A stretch of 64,000 nt of DNA from an uncultured delta proteobacterium (GCA_963755715.1 CAVWLW010000003.1:64001-128000); one strand, 5' to 3'. Positions 23,248 through 33,765 are shown, counted from the first letter of the stretch. Notes: generated by a model from the letters alone, not told the origin. Translations and numbers: made by a program.

Positions 23248-24228
23248 ATGTCAAGCTCAAAATTCATATTGTTCTTCCCGGCTTTGGTCGCGTCATTCTA
23301 TCTCGAGAGCTCGCTTCACGCGCAGGAAAAGTTTAAAAAGATTCGGGTCACCTATCCGACCGAATCGATCGCCGTGCTGCCGTTATTCGCCGCCCATCGA
23401 TGGAAGACCTTCGAAGACAACGACCTGCAAGCGGAAATCATTCAGGCTCGATCGCAGGTCGCCAACGCGGCGTTGGCGAGCGGCGAGATCGGGTATTTCG
23501 CCGGTGTGGGCCCGGCTTCGGTGAGCGCGACGTTGAGAGGACTTCAGTCGCGCGCGGTTTGGTTCGCCAGCGACGAGATTATCTACTTGCTGCTCGCCCG
23601 GCCTGAATTTTCGAATATCCGGGATCTCCGGCAAAAGAAGATCGGTATCACCGGCTTGGGGGGCACGGCGCATGTAGCTTTGCAGATTGCCCTCGAGGCG
23701 GTGCACGAGAATCCGAAAAACTTTTTGTACGTGTCGATCACCGCGGCGCAGCTCATGGCAGCGCTGGAAACCGGCGTCATCGACGCGGCGCTCATGAGTC
23801 CGCCTTACGATTTCTACGCTAAGAAAAAAGGATTTCGCGAAGTGCTCAACGCGGGGACCTATGCTCGGATGCCTTTCGGTGGCCTCACGGTGATGATCGC
23901 GACGCTGCGTAATCGAGCCGACGAGTTAAAGAAGGTGATGCGCGCCATGCAAGTGGCCAAGCGGGAGATGCTCAAGTCCAAGGAAAGAACTGTCGCGTTG
24001 ATCTCGAATTTTCTAAAAGTCGACCGCGACGCTGCGGAAAACACCTACGCGGTTTATGGCAAAACCGTCAGCGGCAGTGGCGTGCCGAGTCATGACGGCA
24101 TCGATCAGATCATGAAATCACTCCAGTTGGCCGGCCAATTCACCGACCGCAAAGTGAGCTTTGAAGAAGTCGCCGACGACCGGATTGCCAAGGAAGTCGC
24201 CAAAGAGCTCGGCTACAAGATCAATTGA
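23248..24228 (+). CDS. ABC substrate-binding protein, NMT1/SsuA-like, subtype A without the Cys pair
   Basis: Signal peptide, IRVTYPTESIAVL, ALASGEIGY, AVWFAS, IAKEVAKELGYK. Confidence 0.9.
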   Translation: MSSSKFILFFPALVASFYLESSLHAQEKFKKIRVTYPTESIAVLPLFAAHRWKTFEDNDLQAEIIQARSQVANAALASGEIGYFAGVGPASVSATLRGLQSRAVWFASDEIIYLLLARPEFSNIRDLRQKKIGITGLGGTAHVALQIALEAVHENPKNFLYVSITAAQLMAALETGVIDAALMSPPYDFYAKKKGFREVLNAGTYARMPFGGLTVMIATLRNRADELKKVMRAMQVAKREMLKSKERTVALISNFLKVDRDAAENTYAVYGKTVSGSGVPSHDGIDQIMKSLQLAGQFTDRKVSFEEVADDRIAKEVAKELGYKIN

Positions 24229-24274
24229 TTGGCGGCGGGTGTCCATCTGCTAGAGGTTAATTCCTCTTTCCACA

Positions 24275-24541
24275 AGACTGTGCCGCAACCAAAAAGTCGG
24301 AATCAGTGTCATTCTGAACGCCAGACTGCGTGAAAACACCGTTCATGGTTCGACTAGGCTCACCACGAACGGTGTAGTCTCATTAGAAATAGAGTACTTA
24401 TCCGTTCGCCCTCAGCACCGTCGAAGGGCTCCGAGGGAGTTTTCACACAGTCTGACGAAGTGAAGAATCTCGACCGGTTGACGGGCTACAAAAGACGAGA
24501 TCCTTCGGCTATCGCCTCAGGATGACATTACAACACAATCT
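24275..24541. mobile_element. nested non-autonomous repeat cluster (MITE > REP doublet > MITE > REP doublet)
   Basis: Inner TIRs CAGACTGCGTGAAAAC (24322) and GTTTTCACACAGTCTG (to 24454) differ by one base and interrupt a TGTCATTCTGAACG|AAGTGAAGAATCT REP. The outer TIR pair is degenerate (10/14). Confidence 0.7.
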
Positions 24542-24587
24542 CGCCGCCAGTGAGACGCGTTGATGATGATTCGAATTCGCGAGATTT

Positions 24588-24647
24588 GGAGGGGGCGACC
24601 CTGCGTGGTCGCCCGTTCGAAGGGCAGACACATAGGTCTGCCCTTAC
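24588..24647. repeat. GTAG-family REP doublet (REPIN-like), copy 1
   Basis: GGGCGACC-ctgcgt-GGTCGCCC and GGGCAGAC-acatag-GTCTGCCC hairpins; near-identical copy at 27122-27180. Confidence 0.8.
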
Positions 24648-24780
24648 ATCGATATGTGGGTGAAATTTACTTGACCGCTACTACCTGCGCCTCGCCTTGA
24701 CACACCGAGAGCATGTCGGATATTTCTGACCGCGATACGGTGACGTTCCCTTTAGCTTTGATTCAGAGAGGAAAGCAGTC

Positions 24781-25929
24781 ATGGCGTTGAGTAAAGAAGA
24801 AAACGAAATGCTCACGAGAGTGGGACCGGGCACGCCCGCGGGCGAGATGCTGCGGCGCTATTGGCAGCCGATCGGCTTGGCGGCGGAGCTTCAAGACAAA
24901 CCGAAGCGGAGACGCATCCTCGGTGAAGACGTGGTCATGTTTCGTGACGATCGAGGCAGGGTTGGAGTGTTGACTTTGCGCTGCATGCATCGCGGCACGT
25001 CCTTGGAGTTCGGTCATATCGAAAACGGCGGGCTGCGCTGCTGTTATCACGGCTGGCTTTACGACGTCGAAGGCAAGGTTTTGGAAACTCCCGGCGAGCC
25101 GCCGGCGAGCACCTTCAAAGAGCGCATTCGTCAGCCGGCTTACAAAGCGCAGGAATTGGGAGGTGTCATCTTCGTTTATATGGGTCCCGAGCCGGCGCCG
25201 CTGTTGCCGAGGTATGATGTCCTGGTGAGAGAGGACGGTGTGCGGGCGCGGCGCGCGCGTACGGTCAACTGTAATTTTTTTCAGATGATTGAAAACTCCG
25301 TCGATCAGAATCATTTGAAGTGGCTGCATCGCACGGCGAAGACGCCGGACTGGGACGACGGCGAGATCGATCCACAACCATTCGAATACGGAATTCTCAA
25401 CACCTACACACGGCGTGTCGCCGGTAAAAAATGGGCGCACTGTAACTTTTTTGTCATGCCGACGATGAATAAGACCGGCAATGTCGAGGAAGGCCATCCG
25501 ACCGAACACAGAGCGAGCAGCGCCGGCGAGGTCATGCGCTGGCGGGTGCCGATCGATGATACGCACTCGATGCATTTCACCGTCGAGTTCGGCGTTGTCG
25601 TCGACGGCAAGCCGGTTGCCAACATCATGAAAGACGATTCGGCGGCGGGGCTTTGCGAGACTCAGTTCGGCGTCTACAAGTGGGATGAATCCATCGGTTG
25701 GTTTGCCAGAGGAGATCAAGATCGGGTGGCGCAAGAAAGCCAGGGACCGATCTACGACCGGACGACGGAACACCTAGTGTACACGGACCGCGGGGTGATT
25801 CTCTTGCGGCGCTTGTACAAAGAATCCATCGAGGCCGTGAAGCGGGGAGGCGATCCGATCGGCGTCATCCGCGACCCGGAAAAAAATCGGATCATCCGGC
25901 TGCAGCCGCATGAGGATTTGCTGGACTAA
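24781..25929 (+). CDS. Rieske non-heme iron oxygenase alpha subunit (phthalate 4,5-dioxygenase/LigX-like group), RO1
   Basis: LTRVGPGTPAG N-terminus; Rieske CMH...CCYH; mononuclear Fe motif ENSVDQNHLKWLH; QDRVAQESQG. Confidence 0.93.
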   Translation: MALSKEENEMLTRVGPGTPAGEMLRRYWQPIGLAAELQDKPKRRRILGEDVVMFRDDRGRVGVLTLRCMHRGTSLEFGHIENGGLRCCYHGWLYDVEGKVLETPGEPPASTFKERIRQPAYKAQELGGVIFVYMGPEPAPLLPRYDVLVREDGVRARRARTVNCNFFQMIENSVDQNHLKWLHRTAKTPDWDDGEIDPQPFEYGILNTYTRRVAGKKWAHCNFFVMPTMNKTGNVEEGHPTEHRASSAGEVMRWRVPIDDTHSMHFTVEFGVVVDGKPVANIMKDDSAAGLCETQFGVYKWDESIGWFARGDQDRVAQESQGPIYDRTTEHLVYTDRGVILLRRLYKESIEAVKRGGDPIGVIRDPEKNRIIRLQPHEDLLD

Positions 25930-25935
25930 ATAACC

Positions 25936-26012
25936 CGTTCAAAACGCTCAAGCAGTTCAAAACGTTCAAGACGTTTGGTCATTCAAAGATTCAAGGTTTC
26001 AAAAGTTCAATG
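25936..26012. repeat. degenerate 9-mer then 8-mer TTCAA-core tandem array
   Basis: cgttcaaaa cgctcaagc agttcaaaa cgttcaaga cgtttggtc attcaaag attcaagg tttcaaaa gttcaatg; the reverse-complement form occurs at 50916-50951. Confidence 0.7.
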
Positions 26013-26035
26013 TTAGGGCGGGAGCGGAAATCATA

Positions 26036-27109
26036 ATGAAGACCGGCAGGAAAGGCGTCATTTTCGGATTTTTATTCGCCCTGGTCTCATTTCATTCCGC
26101 CGGCGCGGCCGAGACCTTGGACTCATTGATCGCCGGAGCGAAGAAAGAACCCGAGTTTACTTTTATTGCCGGGGCGCAGACTTTCGGCGGGCAAAAGACT
26201 TTGTCGCTGTTGGAATCCGCGTTCAATAAAAAATTTGGTCTCAACGGCAAGATTCGTTTCAGCGCCGGACCAGAGATGAACGCCATGGCGGCGCGGGTGA
26301 TCACCGAGCTCAAGATGGGCGCCAAAGCGTCGAGCGATATCTATCACGGCTCGCAATCGCATTTCGCTTTGTTGCACAAAGAGAAGGCGCTGGACACAGT
26401 GAACTACTCGGGGATCTTTCCGTGGATCACCAAAGACATGGAAATATTTCCGAGCGAGGGCTTGCTGATTTTTACTTCGCTGCGCGGAATTATTTACAAT
26501 TCGAAACTCATTCCGAAGGACAGGGCGCCGAAGACCTACGAAGATTTGGTCGATCCGAAATTGAGTCCGGCGTGGGCCGGCAAGATGGCGATCCCGCCGT
26601 ACGTTTCGTGGCTGGTCGAGCTGTCGATGATCTGGAGTGAAGACAAGGTCAAGAATTTCACCCGCAAGCTGGTGGCGCTGAGCGGCGGGCGGTTGCGTTA
26701 CAGCGAAGAGGAGCGCGTGGTCAGCGGGGAATTTCCGATCGCCGCCAACATGGGCGGAGCCACGGAGCAAATGTGGCAGTGGCAAGCCAAGGGCGCGCCG
26801 CTGGTGGCGATCATGGGCTCGACGCCGGTGCTGCCGTCTTACTTTCAGCTCGGTGTGCCGAAGAATACCGCGCATCCAAACTTGTCAAAGCTCTTCGTCG
26901 GCTTTATGGCGTCGAAAGAAGCTCAAGCCATCCTCGAAAAAAATGATTTTCGCACTTCGCACCTCGTCGAAGGCACGATCATGGCGAAGTATCTGAAACA
27001 AAATAAAGTGCAGCTGCAGGAAGCTAAAGATTCGATCGCGTTTTATCTACAAGGCGAAGATAGCGGCTTGGAGTTCAAAGAAGAGCTGACGAAGATGCTG
27101 AAGCAGTGA
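26036..27109 (+). CDS. extracellular solute-binding protein (Fe3+/thiamine/polyamine-type ABC SBP)
   Basis: Signal peptide, LIAGAKKE, GIIYNSKLIP..APKTYEDLVDP.....W.GK, VPKNTAHPNLSKLF. Confidence 0.88.
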   Translation: MKTGRKGVIFGFLFALVSFHSAGAAETLDSLIAGAKKEPEFTFIAGAQTFGGQKTLSLLESAFNKKFGLNGKIRFSAGPEMNAMAARVITELKMGAKASSDIYHGSQSHFALLHKEKALDTVNYSGIFPWITKDMEIFPSEGLLIFTSLRGIIYNSKLIPKDRAPKTYEDLVDPKLSPAWAGKMAIPPYVSWLVELSMIWSEDKVKNFTRKLVALSGGRLRYSEEERVVSGEFPIAANMGGATEQMWQWQAKGAPLVAIMGSTPVLPSYFQLGVPKNTAHPNLSKLFVGFMASKEAQAILEKNDFRTSHLVEGTIMAKYLKQNKVQLQEAKDSIAFYLQGEDSGLEFKEELTKMLKQ

Positions 27110-27121
27110 ACGATGCATGGT

Positions 27122-27180
27122 GTAGGGGCGACCCTATGTGGTCGCCCGTTCGGAGGGCGGACACACAGGTCCGCCCCTAC
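27122..27180. repeat. GTAG-family REP doublet (REPIN-like), copy 2
   Basis: GTAG-GGGCGACC-ctatgt-GGTCGCCC ... GGGCGGAC-acacag-GTCCGCCC-CTAC. Confidence 0.85.
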
Positions 27181-27238
27181 ATCGGAATGTCTTGATGATC
27201 CGATTGGGCGTTGCGAATAGAAGGAAGGAAATCCTCCC

Positions 27239-28373
27239 ATGCTGTCGAAAGAAGAAAACGAACTCTTGACTCGTGTCGGTCCGGGTACGCCGGCGGGAAC
27301 GATGCTGCGCCGTTACTGGTGGCCGGTGGCGTTCAGCGAAACGGTGAAAGCCAAAGGCGCTCCGGTCAAAGTGAAGTTGTTGGGGGAAGAGTTTGCGATG
27401 TTTCGCGATGGCGCGGGACAGACTCGGACTCGTCGCTCTCCATTGTTCGCATCGAGGTACTTCGCTCGAATATGGCCGCGTCGAGGACAATGGCATTCGC
27501 TGTTGTTATCACGGATGGCTCTACGACATTCAAGGCAATTGTTTGGAGCAACCTGCGGAGCCCGGCGATAGCACTTTCAAAGAACGTATTAAGCACCCGG
27601 CATATCATGCGCACGATGCCGCCGGACTAATTTTCGCTTATGTCGGGCCGGAGCCGGTGCCAATGCTGCCGAGTTACGACTTGCTCGTCAGAGAAGACGG
27701 CTGCCGCGTGGTCGGCGGCGACGAAGAAAATTGCAATTGGTTGCAGCGCGCCGAGAACTCGGCGGACGGCGCGCATTCGATCGCGCTGCATGCGGCGGGT
27801 TATCCAAACATGGCATTGAAGCGGCCGACGATTAAATGGGAGCCGACGCGATTCGGCATCAAAGAAACTACCTGGATCGAAGATGTGTCGAAACCGCGCA
27901 TTTCCCATTACGTTTTTCCATCGCATGTGCGCCACTCCGCGGCACGCGTCGGCGAGCAACCGCGCCAGGTGATCCGTTTCCGCGTTCCGACCGACGATGT
28001 CACGACGACCACGTTCTGGATCGATTTCTATCCGCACAAAGAGGGGAAACCGACTAGACCGATGGCGTTGTCCATCAAAGGATTTAGAAAAAGCCAACCG
28101 GGCGTTTACGAGCGAGTCCAAGACGGCTGGTGGAATCTTCCTAACCGGGAGCAAGACCGTGTGGCTCAGGAAAGCCAGGGCCTAGTCGCGGATCGCACCA
28201 AGGAGCATTTAGCAACCTCGGATCAAGGGATCTTGATGCTGCGCAAGATGATTCGAGACTCGATCGAGGCGGTGCAACAAGGCAAGGATCCGATCGGCGT
28301 GATTCGAGATTCCAATGACAACGGACCGATTACCTTCGACTCCAGCAGAGATGCCGTCGAGGCATTGAGTTGA
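27239..28373 (+). CDS. Rieske oxygenase alpha subunit, RO2 (frameshift near 27420)
   Basis: MLSKEENELLTRVGPGTP, CSH...CCYH, ENSADGAHSIALH, EQDRVAQESQG. Confidence 0.92.
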
Positions 28374-28452
28374 AGCTAATACGAGTCGAAGATCGAGGAT
28401 CGCAATTTTCCATCCTCCATTCGCGGCCGCATTGCTGAGAGAGGTGAAACTG

Positions 28453-29511
28453 ATGCTCTATGTCTTGATCGTCTGCGGCGTCTTTTTGCACGCGCTATTA
28501 TCCGCTACATCCGCGCAGGCGCAAAAGCTGGAGCAGATCGTCGCGGAAGCGAAGAAGGAAGGGGAAGTCATGCTGGTCGCCAGCGCGTCGACTTTCGGCG
28601 GTAAGAAAGGATTTGCCGAGCTCGAAAATCTTTTCGCCAAACGTTACGGTTTCAAGGCCAAGGTCAGTCTCACCGGCGGCCCGAGCTTTCCTCAAGTGGC
28701 CGCACGCATCATCGCCGAGCAAAAGGCGGGAGCCAAATCGTCCACTGACATGTACCTAGGGTCCGACGGGACTTATGTGACCATGGATCAAGAAAAGGCG
28801 CTGGAAAAGGTGAACTGGTCGGGAGTCTTTCCCTGGGTGACCAAAGAGATGGAAATTTTTCCGCAGCAGTCGGTGCTGATTTACGCTTCGTTTCACGGCA
28901 TCATCTACAATTCGAACTCGATCCCGAAAAATAAGGCGCCGAAGAGTTACGAAGATCTGATCGATCCGGCGCTCGCGCCCACTTGGGCGGGAAAGATGGC
29001 GATCCCTTCGTATATTCACTGGCTGCTGCGCGTGTCGCCGATTTGGGGGCGGGAAAAAGTTTTGCCTTTCGCGCGCAAGCTCGCGACTCTGGTCGGCGGA
29101 CGATTGCGCCAGGGAGAGGAAGAACGCATCGTCAGCGGCGAGTTCCCGATCATGGCAAGCACCGGCGGTGCGCTGGAGGCGATGTGGAAATGGCAAGCCA
29201 AGGGGGCGCCGCTCGTGGGGCTGCCCGGCTCGACGCCGGCGACAAGCTCTTATTATCAACTGTCGGTGCCGAAAAATTCGGTTCATCCGAATATGGCCAA
29301 GCTATTCATCGCGCTTATGGTGACCCGAGAAGGCCAGGCAGTGCTGGAAAAGAACGACATGCGCAGCTCCTACCTGGTCGACGGCACGCTGATGTCAAAG
29401 TACGTCAAAGCCAACAAGCTTAAGCTGCAAGATCCGCGCGAGCTGAACGAAGTTTTCCAGAAGGAAGACACCAGCCTGGAAGAAGAGTTGACGAAAATCC
29501 TGTTGAAATAG
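28453..29511 (+). CDS. extracellular solute-binding protein, paralog of 26036..27109
   Basis: GAGGTG RBS, signal peptide, AKKEGEV, APKSYEDLIDP, HPNMAKLF. Confidence 0.88.
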   Translation: MLYVLIVCGVFLHALLSATSAQAQKLEQIVAEAKKEGEVMLVASASTFGGKKGFAELENLFAKRYGFKAKVSLTGGPSFPQVAARIIAEQKAGAKSSTDMYLGSDGTYVTMDQEKALEKVNWSGVFPWVTKEMEIFPQQSVLIYASFHGIIYNSNSIPKNKAPKSYEDLIDPALAPTWAGKMAIPSYIHWLLRVSPIWGREKVLPFARKLATLVGGRLRQGEEERIVSGEFPIMASTGGALEAMWKWQAKGAPLVGLPGSTPATSSYYQLSVPKNSVHPNMAKLFIALMVTREGQAVLEKNDMRSSYLVDGTLMSKYVKANKLKLQDPRELNEVFQKEDTSLEEELTKILLK

Positions 29512-29560
29512 GCCCGGGTTTCAAACCTCCCTTAGCTGGATCGGAAACATATAACGCTGC

Positions 29561-31306
29561 ATGTCGACACAAGTTCTCACTGTTGATCAACCGCGGCCGC
29601 TGGTGAATTGGTCGAAGCTAGGGCTCTTGGCGATAGCCGGTTTGGCGGCGCTCTCGATCCTCACTCTGCTGGGCATGATCATCTGGATGAGCCTGCGCAC
29701 GGGCGTGCCCGGCCAGCCTTCGGCGTACACATTGAAGAACTACGCGGCGCTGCTCGGCGATTCCTATACCTATCGGGTCATGACCACCACGCTGATTTTC
29801 GCGGCGATCACGATCGCCGTTTCGGTGCCGCTGGGATTCATCTTCGCCTGGTTCATCGAACGGACCGACATACCGTACAAGACAGTGGCCATGAGTGTGC
29901 TCAGCATCGGTATCTTGTTCCCGACTTTTCTCAAAGCCATGGGTTGGGTGTTTCTGCTCCATCCGCGCATCGGCGTGATCAACATTTTCTTGATGCAGCT
30001 TTTCGGCCTGACAAACGCGCCGCTCAATATTGCGACGCTCCCCGGAATCGGTTTCGTGCAAGGCATGACGCTAACCCCGCTCGCCTATGTGATGATCTCG
30101 GCGGCCTTGCGCAGCATGAATCCTGCGCTGGTCGAAGCCGCCAGCGTCCACGGCGTGAGCCAGTGGCGCACGCTCGTGCGCATCGAGCTGCCGCTCATCT
30201 GGCCGGCGTTGTTCTCGGCCGTCATCTGGATGCTTACGGTGGCTATCGCCGCCTTCGACGTGCCGGGAGTGATCGGCATGGCCAATAATATTTTTACCTT
30301 CAGCACCGCGATCTACTTCATGATCAATCCCAACGAAGGCTTGCCGCGTTACGGGCTCAGCGGCGCCTACGGCAGCCTCATGGTCGGTTTTTCGTTGATT
30401 CTGATGATTCCCTATTTCCGCGCTTTGAAGCAGAGCCACCGTTATCAAATCATCTCGGGCAAGTCGTATCAGTCGCGGCCGGTCGCGCTCGGGCGCTGGT
30501 GGCTGCTCGGTTGGGGCTTGCTTGGATCATATTTTCTGCTCGCATTCGTGTTGCCGCTGCTGGCGATTTTCTGGGTGTCATTATTGCCTTACGTTCAAGC
30601 ACCGTCGTGGCACGCGCTATCGGTCATCTCTTTCGAACGCTACACGCAGATCGCGTTTGACAGAGCGCTTTTGGAGGCGGCGATGAACACGGTGCTGTTG
30701 ATGGTGATCGTGCCGACGGCCATCGTGATCATTTGTTCGGCGATTTCCTGGATCGTCACCCGCTCGCGTATGCGCTGGCGCGTCGTGCTCGATGCCATTG
30801 CGTTTTTGCCCCATCCGGTGCCGCACCTGCTGTTCGCGCTTTCGATCGCCTATCTGGCATTGCTGATTTCCAACGTGGTCCCGCTCTACGGCACGATCTT
30901 CGTGCTGATGGCGGTTTACGTCGTGTGTTGGATCAGCTTCGGCACGCGGGTGCTCAACAACAGCATGATCCAAGTGCATCGCGAGCTGGAAGAAGCGGCG
31001 CAGGTCGGCGGCGCGTCGACATGGCGCATTCTCTTGAAAGTGATCGTGCCGTTGATCAAACCGGGACTGATTTACACCTGGATTTGGACGTCGCTTTCGG
31101 CTTATCGCGAGCTAACGATGGCGGTGTTTTTAGCGTCGCCGAAAAGCCAGGTGTTGTCGACTTACATTTGGGGCCAGTGGCACGGCGGCGGACTCGGCGA
31201 CGCGGCGGCGATCGCAATAGTCATGATCGCTGTGATGGCGCCGCTGGTGACGACCTTTTGGATCTACGCGCGCAAGCAGCAGCACGTGGCCTCGTCGGCG
31301 ACGTAA
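29561..31306 (+). CDS. ABC permease with two fused membrane domains (FbpB-like)
   Basis: About 12 hydrophobic segments; two EAA loops (VEAASVHG, EEAAQVGGAS); 581 aa. Confidence 0.92.
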   Translation: MSTQVLTVDQPRPLVNWSKLGLLAIAGLAALSILTLLGMIIWMSLRTGVPGQPSAYTLKNYAALLGDSYTYRVMTTTLIFAAITIAVSVPLGFIFAWFIERTDIPYKTVAMSVLSIGILFPTFLKAMGWVFLLHPRIGVINIFLMQLFGLTNAPLNIATLPGIGFVQGMTLTPLAYVMISAALRSMNPALVEAASVHGVSQWRTLVRIELPLIWPALFSAVIWMLTVAIAAFDVPGVIGMANNIFTFSTAIYFMINPNEGLPRYGLSGAYGSLMVGFSLILMIPYFRALKQSHRYQIISGKSYQSRPVALGRWWLLGWGLLGSYFLLAFVLPLLAIFWVSLLPYVQAPSWHALSVISFERYTQIAFDRALLEAAMNTVLLMVIVPTAIVIICSAISWIVTRSRMRWRVVLDAIAFLPHPVPHLLFALSIAYLALLISNVVPLYGTIFVLMAVYVVCWISFGTRVLNNSMIQVHRELEEAAQVGGASTWRILLKVIVPLIKPGLIYTWIWTSLSAYRELTMAVFLASPKSQVLSTYIWGQWHGGGLGDAAAIAIVMIAVMAPLVTTFWIYARKQQHVASSAT

Positions 31307-31515
31307 AGTTAAAGAATTCGCAGCGACAAAATCCAGGCCGATCGCCACAGCCCCTGCAGGTCGCTAAAATAGCCGTTCATCTTTCGACAAAAGCTCAAGA
31401 CGAACGGGGAAGCGGTTGAAATCGGTTGAGGTTTTTCCGTTCGCGCTGAGGTTCTCGAAGCACGAGCGTCATTATTCATCAACGTGGCAGCGCAAACGAC
31501 CGGAGGTATTCTGCC

Positions 31516-32676
31516 ATGACGGCGACGACAGAAACGCCGAGCGTAACGAGCGACGGCGTCGATTTCGTTCACACCGGACCGGGAACGTTAGCCGGACGAT
31601 ATTTGAGAATGTTCTGGCAGCCGGTCTACGTTTCTCAGGAGCTGAGAGCCGGCTACGCCGTGCCGATCCATATCATGGGCGAAAGCTTCACGCTTTATCG
31701 CGGCGCGAGCGGAAAGGCTTACGTCGTCGATTTTCGCTGCGCCCATCGGGGCACGCAGCTATCGGTCGGCTGGGTCGAGGACGATTGCATCCGCTGTTTC
31801 TATCACGGCTGGAAATACGACGGCGCCGGCCAATGCATCGAGCAGCCGGCGGAAAACGAAAGTTTCGCGCAGAAAATAACCATTCGTAGCTGCCCCACGC
31901 AGGAGTACTTGGGCCTGATCTTCGCCTACTTCGGCGAGGGGGCGGCGCCGCCGTTGCCAGGCTATCCCGAATTGGAGGAGGACGGCGAGATCGACGTTGG
32001 CACGTATATCCGCCACTGCAATTATTTCAACACGCTGGAAAACGGCATCGATCAGGCGCATGTGCCGTTTACCCACGCGAAATCGAACTTCACCAAGTTC
32101 GGTCTCAACTGGGACATTCCAAAAATCACCGCCGAGGAAACCGACTACGGCGTGGCGATGTACGGCACGCGCGCCAACGGCGTCGCGCGGGTCAACCATT
32201 ACCTCATGCCCAACATTCTTTACATCAAAGGCTCGCCGGAGAGCGCGAAAGAAGGCTGGCGCGAAGCTTTCGCCTGGCGGGTGCCGGTCGATGACGTGAG
32301 TCATCGGAGCTTCAACATCGCGCTTATACACGTGAGCGGCGATGCGGCGCTGCGTTTTCGCGAGCGCCAACGTCGACAAGAAGAAATTATCTCGGCGCTT
32401 CCCTCGGCCAACGTGATGGCGGCGGCGGCGCTGGCCGGACAACTGAGCGTGCACGACATCGAGGAGCGCCCCGATCTCGTGAACATTCAAGATCACGTCG
32501 CTCAAGAAGGGCAAGGCGCGATTCCCAACCGAGCAACTGAGCGTTTGGGCCGCTCGGATACGGCGATTATCCTCATGCGGCAGATCTGGCGGCGCGAGTT
32601 GCGCGCGCTGGCCGAGGGGAAATCTCTCAAACAATGGTCCCGCCCCGGGCGATTGGTCGCGACGAGCGGCGTGTGA
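31516..32676 (+). CDS. Rieske oxygenase alpha subunit, RO3
   Basis: HTGPGTLAGRYLR, CAH...CFYH, ENGIDQAHVPFTH, IQDHVAQEGQG. Confidence 0.93.
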   Translation: MTATTETPSVTSDGVDFVHTGPGTLAGRYLRMFWQPVYVSQELRAGYAVPIHIMGESFTLYRGASGKAYVVDFRCAHRGTQLSVGWVEDDCIRCFYHGWKYDGAGQCIEQPAENESFAQKITIRSCPTQEYLGLIFAYFGEGAAPPLPGYPELEEDGEIDVGTYIRHCNYFNTLENGIDQAHVPFTHAKSNFTKFGLNWDIPKITAEETDYGVAMYGTRANGVARVNHYLMPNILYIKGSPESAKEGWREAFAWRVPVDDVSHRSFNIALIHVSGDAALRFRERQRRQEEIISALPSANVMAAAALAGQLSVHDIEERPDLVNIQDHVAQEGQGAIPNRATERLGRSDTAIILMRQIWRRELRALAEGKSLKQWSRPGRLVATSGV

Positions 32677-33765
32677 GGAAAATTCTCTTGGCGCAGATAA
32701 ACCGCTACGCACGCCGGCTGTTCTTTCTGCTGTCAGTCCTCGCCGCTCAGCCGTGTTCGGTTTTGGCTGAGACCCCGGAGCAATTGATCTCGGCCGCAAA
32801 GAACGAGAAGGAGCTTTTCTTTGTCGCCGGTCCGACGACTTTCGGCGGCAAGAAAGGACTTGTCGGAAATTGAAGCGGCTTTCAACAAGCGGTTCGGATT
32901 GAATGCGCGGATTCGCTTCAGCGCCGGACCGGAAATGAACGCGATGGCGGCGCGGGTGATCAGCGAGGTCAAAGCCGGCGGAAAGGCGTCGACCGACATC
33001 TATCTCGGCTCCCTAGGCCAGTACGCTAATTTATTTCGCGAAGACGCCTTGGAAGAAGTCAATTGGTCGGCAATATTTCCGTGGATCGCCCGGCCGATGG
33101 AAGAGATCGTGGCCAAGAAAGGCGTGCTGGTTTATTCATCGCCGCGCGGGATTATTTACAACACCAATCTGATAGCGCCGGACAAAGCGCCGAAGAGTTA
33201 TGAGGACTTGATCGATCCACGGTTGAGCCAGACGTGGGCGGGAAAGATCGCGGTGCCGCCTTATCCCAACTGGCTGGTCGAGTTGTCGCTGATCTGGGGC
33301 GAAGAAAAGCTCAAAGACTTTACCCGCAAGTTGGTGGCGCTCAACGGCGGCTGGCTGCGCTACGGCGAGGAAGAGCGGGTGATCAGCGGCGAATTTCCGA
33401 TCATGGCGAACATCGGCGACGCGCTGGCGACGATGTGGAAGTGGCAAGCGAAAAGCGCGCCGCTGGTCGCGGTGCTCGGCTCGACTCCGGGCGATACGTC
33501 TTATTTTCATCTCGGCGTGCCGAAGAACTCCGGTCACCCCAATCTGGCCAAGCTCTTCGTCGCTTTCATGATCTCCAAAGAAGGGCAAGCGCTCATCGAG
33601 AAACATGAGCTGCGCTCGTCCCATCTGGTCGAAAGCTCGCGTATGGCGAAATATCTGCGCGACAACAAGATCAGATTGCAGGAGCCCAAAGACTTATTCA
33701 ATTTCTATCTCAAAGGCGGTGGCGCCAAGTTGAATGAGGAGCTGGTGAAGATGCTGAAGCAATAA
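32673..33765 (+). CDS. extracellular solute-binding protein (frameshift near 32858); GTG start overlaps the RO3 stop
   Basis: Signal peptide in ORF 32634..32873 joins ORF 32821..33765; AGPEMNAMAAR, APKSYEDLIDP, HPNLAKLF. Confidence 0.86.

Noticed and set aside
24275-27180. Repeat clusters as a CRISPR array
   Set aside because: No run of identical direct repeats with unique equal-length spacers and no cas genes; the repeats are palindromic REP/MITE types.
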